A stretch of DNA of 60,871 nucleotides, counting the filler, from Vannella sp. (Eukaryota), in assembly GCA_023345925.1 (NCBI GenBank). It is 5 parts of 5 records of this genome, joined end to end, with 100 filler letters (N's around TTAATTAATTAA, not from the genome) between each part and the next. Parts side by side here need not be neighbours in the genome. Positions count along the whole stretch, not along the records: positions 27,164 to 49,953 come from JAJQQN010001436.1; 4 more parts are not named here. One strand, 5' to 3'. Under the pieces are notes generated by a model, which saw nothing but the letters and a program-made list of their open reading frames with translations, had not been told where the DNA came from and searched no databases. Shown here piece by piece: positions 32,462 to 43,860 of the stretch (its first letter is position 1; every line of letters starts with the position of its first letter). The position numbers were made by a program, and so were the translations under genes.

Positions 32462-32996
32462 ACCCCTTGCTGAGGGTTCCTAAAAGTTTCTATCTGCGAA
32501 AGCATCCTATCTGTTCTTCCTTGGGCCTGGTCAAAGTTGTGATACGACTATCGATACTCCAGCAAAGGAGATCCTTCTTGACCGCGTTCTGGGAGCAAGG
32601 AAGCCCTATAAGCGGGGCATTTCCCAAGAGCTTGTTGACCATTCTAGGGGATGTCAGATTGTGAGGCGTCATCAACGGCTGGTCTGTCCTTTGGATCAGC
32701 AAAAGGTCCTCCATTCAGCAAGCCTCCTGCATTCGACATGATGATAAAATCGGATCATATTTTTATGAATCAATCGTGTATAAGCTGGCCTTTCAATTAG
32801 CTGGGATGGTGGGATTTGTTGATACGAAATATGACGTCATCACTACGAATCGGCCGCTTCTCATGGAGAAAACGGACCAATCCGGTGTCGGTTGGAATCG
32901 GATTCTTCCCGCGCTCCGTTTTTGCTTCGCTTGAATGATCAGGCATGACTTTGGAACTTCTGATCTCCGCTTCTTCATTTACTTTTCGCCGCGGTG

Positions 32997-34871
32997 ATGA
33001 ACACACGGAGCCTGATCCTGATCGGGCTTTTCGTATGTTTGGTCAGCGCTAACTGGCCAGCAGCATGGACTCCTGTTCAGGAGTCTCACCCTGATACCCA
33101 AGTCTCCATCACTCTTGCTTTGAAGCAGCAGAACTTGGAGGAGTTCGACGCCCTCTTCGAGAGCATCACGACTCCCGGTTTCCCTGAGTATGGTCGCTAT
33201 CGATCCATCAGCGAGCTAACTGAGATGATTGCTCCACCAAAGCACTTGCAAGACTTCGTGGTGCACTTCTTCGCCAAGCGTGGCTGTGAAGCAGAGTCTT
33301 TCGGAGACTTTGTCGCCGCTGAATGCTCTGCAGCTGTCCTTGAGGACGTCTTTGGCGCTCGTTTCTTCGAGTTCCAACACAACCAGTTGCCCGGCTCCCT
33401 CCACCGATCTGTGGAGTACCCAGTGATCCCCAAGGAACTCAGCCACATCGTGACCTTTGTGACTGGCATCTCCACCTTCCCTGCTGAGCGCAAGCCACTC
33501 CAGAAGGTTCCCATCTCAGAGGCTGCCCAAGTAGATAACTGGGTTGTCCCTCAAACACTCCGAGCGATGTACAACATCCCTGCAGGAGCACGAGGAACTC
33601 TCAAGACCAACTCGATGGCGGTGGCTGAGTTTGGCTTCGTCGCTGGGATCTCCCAAGCTGATCTGGATCTCTTCAATCAGATCACTTCCACTCCCAATGG
33701 CTCTTTGGCCTACACTCTGGGACGCTTCGCCTTCACTCCTCTCAACCCCGTCGATGGAGAGTGCGCTTTGGACGTTCAGTACATCATGGCTGTTGCTCCA
33801 GGTGTTCCCACTTCGTTCTGGACCATTGATGGATGGATGTACGACTTCACTACTCTCATCCAAACGCGCCAATCTCAAGGAAAGAACGTTCCTCTCGTCT
33901 TCTCTCTGAGTTACGCCTGGGCAGAGGCTGATCAGTGTGATGTAACTGGCAAGGGTGCTTCTTGTGCTCAGGTTGGCGGTTCTGACAAGTCCTACGCGGA
34001 GACTACCAGCAAGAACTTCCAAAAGATCGGCGCTTCTGGAGTGACTTTGATCGCCGCTTCCGGAGATGCTGGAGCTGCTACCAAGCAGAACCTTGACTGT
34101 AACATCACTACTCCTATTCAACCTAACTTCCCCGCTTCTTCCCCGTACATGACGACGATTGGAGGGACTATGTTGGTCGACGGAACGGCTCTCACCGGAA
34201 CCCTTCCTCCCTTCTGCAAGGAGGCTGGTGTCACCTGTGCTGGTGGTGGTACTGAGGTAGTTTGCACTGTCCCTCAAGCTCTGATCACATCAGGTGGTGG
34301 TTTCTCCAACATCTTCCCTGCGTAAGTCTCCCTCTCGTCGCAATCATGTCGATCTCACCTTGATGGCTCAGTCCTTCGTACCAAACGAGTGCCGTCAGTG
34401 CTTGGAAGAGCTCTGGAGCCCTCAAACCTCCGTCTCAGTACTGGAATGCCGCTGGCCGAGCCTATCCGGATGTGTCTGCGCTCGCTCACAAGTACTTGAT
34501 CGTAGAGAATGGCAAGAAGCTGAGCGTCGATGGCACCTCTGCCTCTGCTCCAGTGACTGCTGGTATCATTGCCTTGATCAACGAACAACGCTTGGCCAAC
34601 AAGCAACCTCCTGTTGGGTTCATCAACCCTGCCCTTTACGCCATGGCTGCCAGCAACTTTAACGATGTGGTGGTTGGTAACAACACTGGAACAGAGATTC
34701 ATGGCCATGATGAGTACTGTTTCACGTACGGTTATGGCGCCAGCGCTGGCTGGGACCCTGCTGTGAGTCCACTCCCTCTTTCCTCCTCCCTTTGTCTCAC
34801 TTCCTCCCCTTTAGACCGGCAGAGGAACTCCCAACTTCCAGGCGTGGAGTACTTACTTCAAGAACAACTAA
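32997..34871 (+). CDS. Sedolisin / tripeptidyl-peptidase 1-like peptidase S53 (3 exons)
   Basis: Signal peptide, prodomain (ALKQQNL, YGRY), GECALDVQY, ASGDAG, FPASSPY, SGGGFS, RAYPDVSA, GTSASAP, GWDPATGRGTPNF. Confidence 0.95.
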
Positions 34872-35090
34872 ATCTCACTCCCAACAGACACATTCCCCTC
34901 CTGGGAGTTCCTTCTGGAAGGTTCTAGAACGAATGGCATTCACCCGCAAGGAGGAAGCTTCAAAGGAAGGAAGCAATCGGGTTTGGGTTGGTCAAAAGTG
35001 ATCATTTCATAGCGGCTGGCCCTCCTTGGTTGGTGGTGGGGACGGATCTTCGCTTTTACTGGACCTTTCTGCGCGTTTGTGGGTTGAAGC

Positions 35091-36382
35091 ATGAAGGGGC
35101 TTTGGCAAAGGTACTCGGCGGGGTTATTGATGATCTTCCTGTCTGTGATGGGGGATCAGCTGCAAGCGCAGCTCCTTCAGAACATGCAAGCTTCTTCTGA
35201 TTCCCCGTATTTCTACAACAAGGTGGGCACTCTCTGGAAGATAGAACACGGGCATCTGATGTAAGGTAGTCGTACTTCTTAGCGTGGTTCATCAGTGGAG
35301 GATACACCTTCTTCATACTTCCGTGGCTCCTCACGCGTTTGATCAAGGAGTTCGCATCAGATCAGTCCATCTGGCCCCTACTGCGGTGTCCTTGGAGACT
35401 TATTCGACAAGAAGAACGTTGGGTAGCTCGTGTAGCGACCCTCAGCGCCATCCCTTACTTTGTATCTGGGTACCTTTACTACTTGGCCATCGGGAACATC
35501 AGTGTGACAGCAAGCACAACCATCTACGACTCGACATTCGTTTTCGTTTTCCTCTTTTCCATTCTCATTCTCCACGAGCGCATCTCCATCTTGAAGTTAT
35601 TTAGTGTGACAGCCAGTTTTGGTGGATTGCTCACCGTTGTCTGGTCTGGTTCTCATTCAGAGGAAGATGGAATTGATCAGACCTTCTTAGGGTTCCTTTT
35701 AGTCGGCTTCTCGGCTATTCTGAATGCGATCTTCCAAGTGACTTACAAAAAGTATGGAACTTTCTCCCCACAGGGAGACGATTTTCAAGCGCAGAGGCTA
35801 TCAGAAGAAGCAGATAGAGAATCTATGGAGCAAGGTATCAATATCTGGGGGCGTGGGCTGGACACTGGCGTTCAGGAGATTGAAACAGTCATTGAAACAG
35901 ACCTGAAAGAGACTCTTGGAATCGTGGAGGATGTGGGGGAGCAGGTGATCCCTATAGAGAGTAGCTTTTTGTTCTTGGGAATAGTGGGATTGTCCACTGT
36001 CCTGATGTTCTGGCCTGGACTGATTCTTCTCAACTGGACTGGATGGGAACCCTTCCAGGCACCTTCCTGGCCTCAGATGGAGGGAATCTTTATCAATATC
36101 TTCTTTGACAACGTGGCTAGTATGTCACTGCTGCTGGGAATCAGCTGGACAACGCCTCTCTTCATGGGAATAGGAGACCTCCTCGACATCCCCGTCTCCG
36201 TTCTCCTCGATATCCTCATCCATCACTACCTCCTACCTCCTCTAGGGTTCCTAGGCATCTCTGGCATTGTCCTGGGCTTCTTCCTACTGGTAATAGCCGA
36301 CTCTGTCCTCGCCAAACACCGATCCCCACCCAAAGGAGCAAACTTCCTCGTTCGCCTGATCACCTGGTCATGGCACACATGA
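35091..36382 (+). CDS. SLC35F3/F4-like (EamA/DMT) transporter
   Basis: One intron after YNK. Contains YLYYLAIGNISVTASTTIYDSTFVFVFLFSILILHERIS, FLGIVGL..LMFWPG, TTPLFMGIG..IPVS and multiple TM segments. Confidence 0.88.
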
Positions 36383-36473
36383 ACAAGAGGGGTCGATGAA
36401 CTCTACTGTAACTAAAGCAGACACCCTGTCGGTGTCTATGACAGGCAGCTGTCACTTTTTGGGCTCTGGATCG

Positions 36474-38266
36474 ATGAGGTTGGCGTTGTTGGTGCTTAGC
36501 GTGCTTGTTTGCGCTCTGCCGCTAGCGAGAGCGATTCATATTAGTACATCAGATCTGGATGAAGTGTACTCAGGACCTGGAGGCGTCCCCTCCATCGGAT
36601 GGGACTCTCCTGACCGACCTAACTCGTTCTCCAGCTATTTGTCCGTGGCACAGGTGGGTGGCGCCAAGGTACCGCCTCTCTATCTATGTAGTAACATTTA
36701 AGGAAGTTTATCCTCGCTGGTACGAAGAGTGAGAAGTACTACGGAGCCTCAGTGGAGGAAACCTTTGGTCCCCCAGTCGTGAGGATGGAGACTGGCGGGG
36801 ATGTCCTTACTCCAGTGGTTTCCGGTGCAGCTGCGAGTGGCTACTACTTTGATGGAACTTCTGTGAGTAGCCTACTCTTCTCTTTGGCTGTTCTTCTGCT
36901 GATAAGGGCAACGGCAGTACTGGGAGGAGCTTCCTGAGCTGACAATCAACTTCAACTGCCAAAAGGAGGGCAACTCAACTCTCTCTGTAACGTAGGCACA
37001 CACTCTCTCGCTGTGGCTCCCTTTCTGATAGCGCTGATCCCTTTTCCAGCATTGAAGCGAGTTTGGTGTACAAGAACGACGGAGAAGGCCCCGTGATGAA
37101 GCCTGTCAACGAGACCATCGTCTTCTACATGTCCAAACAGTGCCATACTGTTGGCTACCGTGAGGGCTTCGCGATCGGCAATGCGCCTGGCCGAACGGAC
37201 GATGTTGTCCGTCACGGTGTTGTCCAACGGAAGTGGATCGTTGAGTCCTACGATCTGTTGGATAAGGAGCCCATCGTTGTGTCTTCAGAAGAGCACATGA
37301 CTGTCTTCCACATCTCCATCTCCAATCCCCTTTACGGCAATCAGATCTTCGAGGGTGGGTCTCGTATCGCTTGGCGCTGGCTCTTCTCACCTGCGTGATG
37401 GCATAGAACCAAAGGTACTCTTAGAGGATGGTGACATGGTCGATGTGCAAGTGAGAGGGAATGCAGCGAACGGAGGGATTGCCACAGGAATGGCGGAGAC
37501 TTTGGTGCTCTTGTACGACTGTCTTAAGCAAGGAGAGACCCATGTCAGCATTCGTATCTCTCTAGGATTCCACGGATCGATTGAGTTTGGGTTTACAAAG
37601 AGCTGCACGATCAAGAAGGAGTCTGACGTGGGAATGCCGGGTCTCATCAACATTGGCACCTCTCGAAGTGACTATTCGGGTGTTGTGACAAACAGTGTAG
37701 TCTCTCCTCTCTGGCAACGGACAGGGCCCACTGTTGTAGTCAATGTGACAGAGATTCTGACCAACTTCTTTGTGTCGACGGTCTCTGGCAAGAGCCAAGA
37801 GCTTTATGCCCCTCTTATCTCTGTTAATCCCTCTAATGCCTTCCGGGCCACTCTCAGTGGAACCATTCGTGATGGTGGTGTGGTAACAGGAAGCCCTCAG
37901 CACTTTACAGTGAATTACATCTGCGACAGAGCTTCAGAGGGGATCGTTACTGTGACAGTGAAGATGCCGCACGCCAAAACTGTCGAGTTTTCGTACATTA
38001 AGAAGTGCCGTAAGATAACCGCCCCTCCTCACATTAGGGAAGTATCTCACTCTCATTAGGGGCACTCAAGCGTCATTCGGACCACATTTGGACGATCAAA
38101 CAAGCCCTCGTTGCCTTGTAAGGTGCAACTTTCATGTCTCTTTCAACTCTAATTGTTCATTACTAGAATCTTGGTTGCCGGTCTACTTGGAGCTCTGGTG
38201 TTTGGGTACATCCAGAAGGTTTCCAGGCAACAGAACAAGAAAGCAAGACTTTCCGGACGACCCTAA
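36474..38266 (+). CDS. Type I membrane protein with repeated Cys-containing beta-rich modules (multi-exon)
   Basis: Signal peptide MRLALLVLSVLVCALPLARA, modules ending FYMSKQC, FGFTKSC and FSYIKKC, then a spliced TM segment ALVALILVAGLLGALVFGYI and tail QKVSRQQNKKARLSGRP*. Confidence 0.75.
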
Positions 38267-38317
38267 ATGGAACTCTCTCTAGCCCTTTCCTTTTCCTTTC
38301 CTGCTGAAAGTGACAGT

Positions 38318-39337
38318 TTACTTTTGGGCACTCTCAAACTTGGCTTTGAGATAGTCTCCAGCTGTTACAGGGGGATGGAGATCTTTGCCAGTGTGAGGAA
38401 GGGCTGAGATTAAAGCGTCTTCGTTTGGGTTGTGAAAGAAGGCAACACTCATCCGAAAGCTCTCTTTTGGTCTATTCGGATGTCCTTGAAAGGGTAACAC
38501 TCGATGCACAGTACTGACCCATCTGTTGTTGGTCCACCGAGCCATCAAGTCACCAATGTTGATAATCAAATGAGCCTCTTCGCTCTCTCCCTCCGGCAGG
38601 ATCACGTCTGTCCAAGTCTGCGTTGTTTTAGAGAGAATCTGAAGTCCTGGAGCGTTGTGAGCAACGAAGAGGATCGTCAGAGTGCCCCAATCGCTGTGAG
38701 CCCCGGCTCCCAGTTGGCCATCATTAGTGTGATCTTCTCTCTGCTTCTCAATTCTCGGATAGCGGAGCACTCGAAGAGAGCTCAGGTCTTTGTCTATCTT
38801 ATCTTGAAAGAAGGCCCGGGGAAGGCCCAGTGCCAAGGCAAACAGTTCCATCAGACACTTCGCTAGTCCTTGGACTTGCTCGAAATAGGTCTCGATTGTG
38901 AGTCGAAAGGCTGCTGGGTCAAACGAAGAGGATTTCAGAGTAGGCCATATGTTGGTGAGGGCTCTATATGAGCCGGTGTTGTCCCCATGAGAAGATATCG
39001 AGGGACCAATCGAGAAGGCCTCCTTCAAGTCCCTTCGTTCTTCACCTATACGCTGTTTGTTGCTCAAACTGAGCGATTCAGATTGATAAGGAAAGTAACC
39101 GTAAGGGTATCTCTCTACAGGAGAGCGTAAGAGCATCTTCTCCTCGAGAGGAAGTTGAAAGAAGGCTTCTCCCTCACGGCAAACAGCCCCTATCAGCTCC
39201 AAAGGCAGCCCATGGCCCTTTACCAACAGAAAGCCTGTCTGGCAACAAGTTTCATCCACCAAGTGCACCAAACGAGACAGTTCCTCGTCGCCAGCCAGTC
39301 CCAAACGAAAGTGTGTCACGTCAATGACCTCCACCAT
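38318..39337 (-). CDS. 2-oxoglutarate/Fe(II) dioxygenase, IPNS/DIOX family
   Basis: VIDV..GFLLVKGHG, FFQLPLEEK, DLKEAF, LRYP, GAHSDWGTLTIL, NIGDLMARWTNNRWVSTVHRV, RMSVAFF. Confidence 0.93.
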   Translation of the reverse strand: MVEVIDVTHFRLGLAGDEELSRLVHLVDETCCQTGFLLVKGHGLPLELIGAVCREGEAFFQLPLEEKMLLRSPVERYPYGYFPYQSESLSLSNKQRIGEERRDLKEAFSIGPSISSHGDNTGSYRALTNIWPTLKSSSFDPAAFRLTIETYFEQVQGLAKCLMELFALALGLPRAFFQDKIDKDLSSLRVLRYPRIEKQREDHTNDGQLGAGAHSDWGTLTILFVAHNAPGLQILSKTTQTWTDVILPEGESEEAHLIINIGDLMARWTNNRWVSTVHRVLPFQGHPNRPKESFRMSVAFFHNPNEDALISALPHTGKDLHPPVTAGDYLKAKFESAQK

Positions 39338-39948
39338 CCCCTGATTGCCTTCAAATGATTTGACACTTTCAAGTGATTTCCCCTCGTTGATAGAAGTTAG
39401 GAAAGTGATGGGCTTCGTCAGCAAGGCGGAACTCTCAGGACTACGCAAGGCTGGAACCAAGGTTGAACATGGTTATCGGCACTTGACCAGGTTCTCGAAC
39501 CACCAGGAAACATGCTTGAAATCCAACTACTATGGTAAAGTCCGAGCTAAAGGAACATCCACTCCACGGAGAGGGAAGCTGCCATGAGGGCCAAGGAATC
39601 ATCTGCTTGGCAGCAAGTTTCGTCTGCACACTGTTTATTCACTCCAAAAGGAGTACATTGATGGTTTGTGGCGAACCTCTTTACAGTTGCGATGATCCGG
39701 AAGTGAACTTCGCCAAGCCCAAATCAGCTTTGTCCTCTTCTTTCGTTGAACCAGAACAGGAGAGGAGAAAGCTTGATTGAGCGCTTCTTCTCGCTGGACT
39801 AAAAATAGGTTCGAAGTCACAAGTCAAACCCCTTGTTCAATAATGCGCGTTAGAACGGGGCGTTGGGTCGTCCTCTTTGGCTGGTTTCATCTTGAGGAGA
39901 ATGCTCTTCCATATCTCTGGCTGACAGTGCCCCTGGGCATCTCTCGAA

Positions 39949-40174
39949 AGGAGAGCGCAAGAGCATCTTCTCCTCGAGAGGAAGTTGAAAGAAGGCTCCC
40001 CTCGGCAAACAGTCCCTATCAGCTCCAAAGGCAACCCATGCCCCTTCACTAACAGAAAGCCTATCTGGCAACAAGTTTCATCCACTTAGTGCACCAAACG
40101 AGACAGTTCCTCGTGTCCAAAGTCGCCTGCCAGTTCTACTCGTGAGTGGGTGACGTCAATGACCTCCACCATCC
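39949..40174 (-). pseudogene. Truncated duplicate of the 5' end of the 2OG dioxygenase
   Basis: Near copy of 39119-39339 with a premature stop (CAC TAA GTG) and a short frameshifting deletion. Confidence 0.85.
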
Positions 40175-40229
40175 TCCAGTTGGCTTCCATTGAGAGGTTA
40201 GGTGAGTTTGAAAGCATTTAGTGGCGCTG

Positions 40230-41274
40230 ATGGGCAACCAGACGTCTGTCGATGACGACTACTTTGTGAACTCCGTAGAGGAGGAGAGGACCGCTTCCAT
40301 TGTCAGCGAAGAAGAGCTCGAACGTGTTACAAACGTACACACTTCGTCTATCCTCCCAGTTCCCTTCTATCTTCACCCGGAATCGCTTCGAGTTGATTCC
40401 GTGGCCTCTTTAGAGCCTTCTGAAGAGCTACAGGAGGGCAAAGCTGGGAACCAGACAAAGGAAAACATAGAAGGTATCTGTTTAGACAAGTCAGCGTCGG
40501 TGGACGTGCCGACAGAGGGTGTTTCTCTTTGTCGCCCATTCTCGTTGCAGTTCATCGTGGACACGACCACTCCCACTCGCATTCAAGTGCTCTGGTGTGC
40601 TTCAGAACGGCGATTCTCCAAGGGTGTACACAAATCAGGCTTCCCTGATCAAGTACGAACCTTGGAGGTGCCTGCAGGGCTCCAGCAGACCGTCCAGCTG
40701 ACTGCACAGGAGCTTCCCTGCTTCAAACAAGGCGATCTCAAGAGTCTGACAAGCACAGATCCATTGCTGATCCCTCTCTTTGTCCAACTGACTGCTCTTG
40801 GTAAGTCAAATGCTACCCTGAAGAAGGGAGTTACTGAGCAAAGACAAGATCGAGCAGGGAGTGCTGTCACACAGCATAGCGTTGCAGCTACATTCGTACC
40901 TGGCTCAGGCGACACCTTTTCTCTGCAAGTTCAGAAAGTGGGCATTCAAGTAAGAGAACGCATCCGGCAGGCCATAACGCATTGCTCAATCTCCTGGAAG
41001 GTGTCTGGGGAGCCTTACACTTTGTATGATATCTACGGAATCGAGAATCAAGGAGAAAGCGAGGAGTGCGTCATCTGTTTGACAGATAATAAGGTGAGAA
41101 GGATGGCTTTCTGAATTATACTCACCAGAGTAGAATACAACATTACTGCCGTGCCGCCACATGTGCCTTTGCGATGATTGCTCGAAGCAGTTCCGGTCGA
41201 CTGAAAAGTGCCCCATTTGCCGGTCTCGGGTCTCTGATTTCCTGCAAGTCGGCCATCAGAACCAAAACTCATAA
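40230..41274 (+). CDS. MGRN1/RNF157/LOG2-like RING E3 ligase, N-myristoylated
   Basis: MGNQTS start, YTLYDIYGIE, and after splicing 41094-41133 [32 protein letters not shown]. Confidence 0.88.
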
Positions 41275-41457
41275 ATGACTGACCATCTGGATTGTCTGCT
41301 GAACCTGTACCAACGGACCCCAATAGAGAGGGTAAGAAGATCTATTGAGCAGCAAATCTATCAGTGTGCCTCCATGGAGAGTTATCGAGACTCCTTCAAC
41401 CCATAAAAAACCTTCCCAACTTGTTTGCTGTTAAGGACTGAAGTTCGAGTGTTATGT

Positions 41458-42051
41458 TTAATACTTTCTGACGGGATTCAATCGTTTCCACTCATTGAGT
41501 CGGTTCTCTCTGATCCCCTCTCTGATCATCCGAATCAGCTCATTGAAAGCTTCTTCAATGTTGATGGCATTCTTGGCTGAAGTCTCAAAGAAGGGATATT
41601 CGATGGCTGCAAAATCCCTTCCTTCTTGCTCTCTCACTTGGCGCTCTCCGTCCAAGTCGCATTTGTTCCCCACAAGAACAATTTGGCAAGGATCTTTGAC
41701 CGCTTCAACTTCCTTTCGCAAGAGAGCTGCCTCTTCAAAAGAGCTGCGCGAAGTGACCGAGTAGACGATTAAGAATCCCTCCGCTTTTTGTACCAGGGGT
41801 CTTGGTACGAAAGGGTAGGCTTCAGTTGGAAAGAACCGGATATTCAGTAGACATTCTGTGCCATCAACCACTGCTCGCGCGCGGAACACCTCCACCCCAT
41901 CAGGATCAAGTACTGGCTCCTCATAGGGTTGGTACTCCGAGCCGGGATGCATTTGTGGTTCAACAAAGTTCTTTTCAACAAACTGCGTCATCAATGCTGT
42001 CTTGCCCACACTAGGACTCCCGAGAATGATGATCGCGAGGTGATGCTCCAT
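41458..42051 (-). CDS. Divergent Ras-family GTPase-like protein 1 (no DxxG, no CAAX)
   Basis: GSPSVGKT, YSVTSRSSF, VGNKCDL, ETSAK. The G3 position reads IRFFPTE. Confidence 0.88.
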   Translation of the reverse strand: MEHHLAIIILGSPSVGKTALMTQFVEKNFVEPQMHPGSEYQPYEEPVLDPDGVEVFRARAVVDGTECLLNIRFFPTEAYPFVPRPLVQKAEGFLIVYSVTSRSSFEEAALLRKEVEAVKDPCQIVLVGNKCDLDGERQVREQEGRDFAAIEYPFFETSAKNAINIEEAFNELIRMIREGIRENRLNEWKRLNPVRKY

Positions 42052-42275
42052 CAACGACCTCCGCCCACGTCCTCAACGAGCAAGCCCCAAAGAAATGTAT
42101 CCTCAGCTGCCTTAGGCGCAAAGTTATCAACACAAATGTAACTTTTCCCCTTCAGTTTTTTTAAAAAAACTTGCTGTGGACGCGTAATAATCGCCCGTCC
42201 AGGACACGAAAAATCCGTGGGACGCGTATTTTATCAATTGAATCATTTTTTTGGGTCCTTCGTTGCCGCCATTTG

Positions 42276-43355
42276 ATGCCCTTGGGCAGCCACACGCTCC
42301 TCCTCTCCCTCAACGGGGGCCTTTTCGCTTTTGGAGATAACAACCAAGGCCAACTCGGTCTTGGTCACAAGGACAACCAAATGGAACCAGCAGAGGTCCC
42401 CTGGAATGGTCCACAACCGGTTCAGGTGGACTGGGGATTCGAACACTCCCTCATTCTTGATGCAGAGGGCGGTGTGTGGGAAGCTGGCTACTCTCGGTCT
42501 CTCCCTTCCTCCGACATCTTCCAGCGAGCTCTAGAACTGCCTCTGATTACATTTGTAGCTGCTGGTGAGTCTCTCAGCGCCGCTATCGACACCGAAGGCG
42601 GCCTTTGGGTGTGGACGAGTGTGTTGGACAACAAAGGCCTCTCTTGGGCAAGCTCTGTCCCACAACGATTGGAAGACTTCCCTCCACTCATTAAGGTGGC
42701 TTGTGGAGAGAAATTCCTTGTAGCAGAAGGCGAGGACGGTCTCTGGGTTTTGGGCAACAACTTCTCCAGGCAACTTGGCCTCGGCCATACCAACAACTTC
42801 ACTAATAGTGCTCTCCAACCGACCCTCGTGCAGGTGGAAGAGCGTGCAGAAGGATCTCTTCGATGCCTGACTGCCTTCCCCCAAGGAGTGATTCTCATCG
42901 ACTCGCAAGGAGCCGTCTTTTCGGTTGGAAGTGACTTCCGTGGCCAACTGGGGCGCTCTTCTGGGAGCTATACCAAGTTCCAGCGAATTAACAACATCCC
43001 TCCCATGCTTGCGGCCTCCTGTGGATGCTTTCATACTCTCGCTCTGGATGAGAACGGCAGCGCCTGGACCTGGGGATGGGGAGATTATGGGCAATTGGGT
43101 GCGGGTAATACTTCTGATGCGTCCCGGCCTGTTCAGGTTCCCTGGTTAAACGGAATGACCGTTCTGGTTGCGGGGAGGTACCATTCTTTGGCGTTCCCAC
43201 AGGAACGTGGCCTGCTGGTCTTTGGATTCAACAAATATGGGCAACTCGGACTCAACCACCGGACCAACCAAACCACTCCCACGTTGTGCCCTATTCAGCC
43301 CGCTCTCCCTCATTCATTCACCCGAAGCAGAAAGAAGAGCGCCCGCTTCCTTTAA
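42276..43355 (+). CDS. RCC1-repeat beta-propeller protein (intronless)
   Basis: Collinear paralogue of 11890-12945, with FGDNNQGQLGLG, SCGCFHTLAL, WGWGDYGQLGAG. Ends SRKKSARFL. Confidence 0.92.
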   Translation: MPLGSHTLLLSLNGGLFAFGDNNQGQLGLGHKDNQMEPAEVPWNGPQPVQVDWGFEHSLILDAEGGVWEAGYSRSLPSSDIFQRALELPLITFVAAGESLSAAIDTEGGLWVWTSVLDNKGLSWASSVPQRLEDFPPLIKVACGEKFLVAEGEDGLWVLGNNFSRQLGLGHTNNFTNSALQPTLVQVEERAEGSLRCLTAFPQGVILIDSQGAVFSVGSDFRGQLGRSSGSYTKFQRINNIPPMLAASCGCFHTLALDENGSAWTWGWGDYGQLGAGNTSDASRPVQVPWLNGMTVLVAGRYHSLAFPQERGLLVFGFNKYGQLGLNHRTNQTTPTLCPIQPALPHSFTRSRKKSARFL

Positions 43356-43725
43356 CGAATGAGACAGGAAGATTGCGGGGAACACGGTTCTCCTTTAAAC
43401 ATACTAAGTACATTAGTAGCATTGGAGTCAACTGATTCATACCTTTAAGGGGAGATCTTTTGCCGACTTTAACGGCGCTCCTGACTTCCCCCAAAAGAAG
43501 CATTTGGTTAAAGCTGTTGAAACTAGATAAAGGTAGGTGACCATGTGATCCCCAGAACTTCGCGTTGTGTGGTAAGGTTTCATATCCAACAAAAGCTCCC
43601 TTATGCTCCTTCCTTTGCAGGAGGTAGCTCTTCAATCCATTCGTGAAGCTCAGAGAAACCTCCTCGTAGGAGAAGGGGAAGTGTTGGAGGAGAAAAAGGC
43701 TTAGGTGGTTCCAATATCTGGTAAA

Positions 43726-43860
43726 AAGAAGGCTTTGGGGGTTCTGACCTCGGGCCAATAGGAGGATAGTGCGACGAGCCAAAAGAAAAAGGTTCAGGGG
43801 GTTCTAGCGTCGGGTAATAAGGAGAAGAGTACGACGAGCCATAGGAAAAAGGCTTTGGGA
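43726..43860. repeat. About 60-bp imperfect tandem repeat within a probably decayed minus-strand gene
   Basis: GTTCT..TCGGG..GGAG..AGT.CGACGAGCCA..GAAAAAGG occurs twice. The minus strand encodes E-x-P-K/E-PFS-x-GSS units interrupted by a frameshift. Confidence 0.65.
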
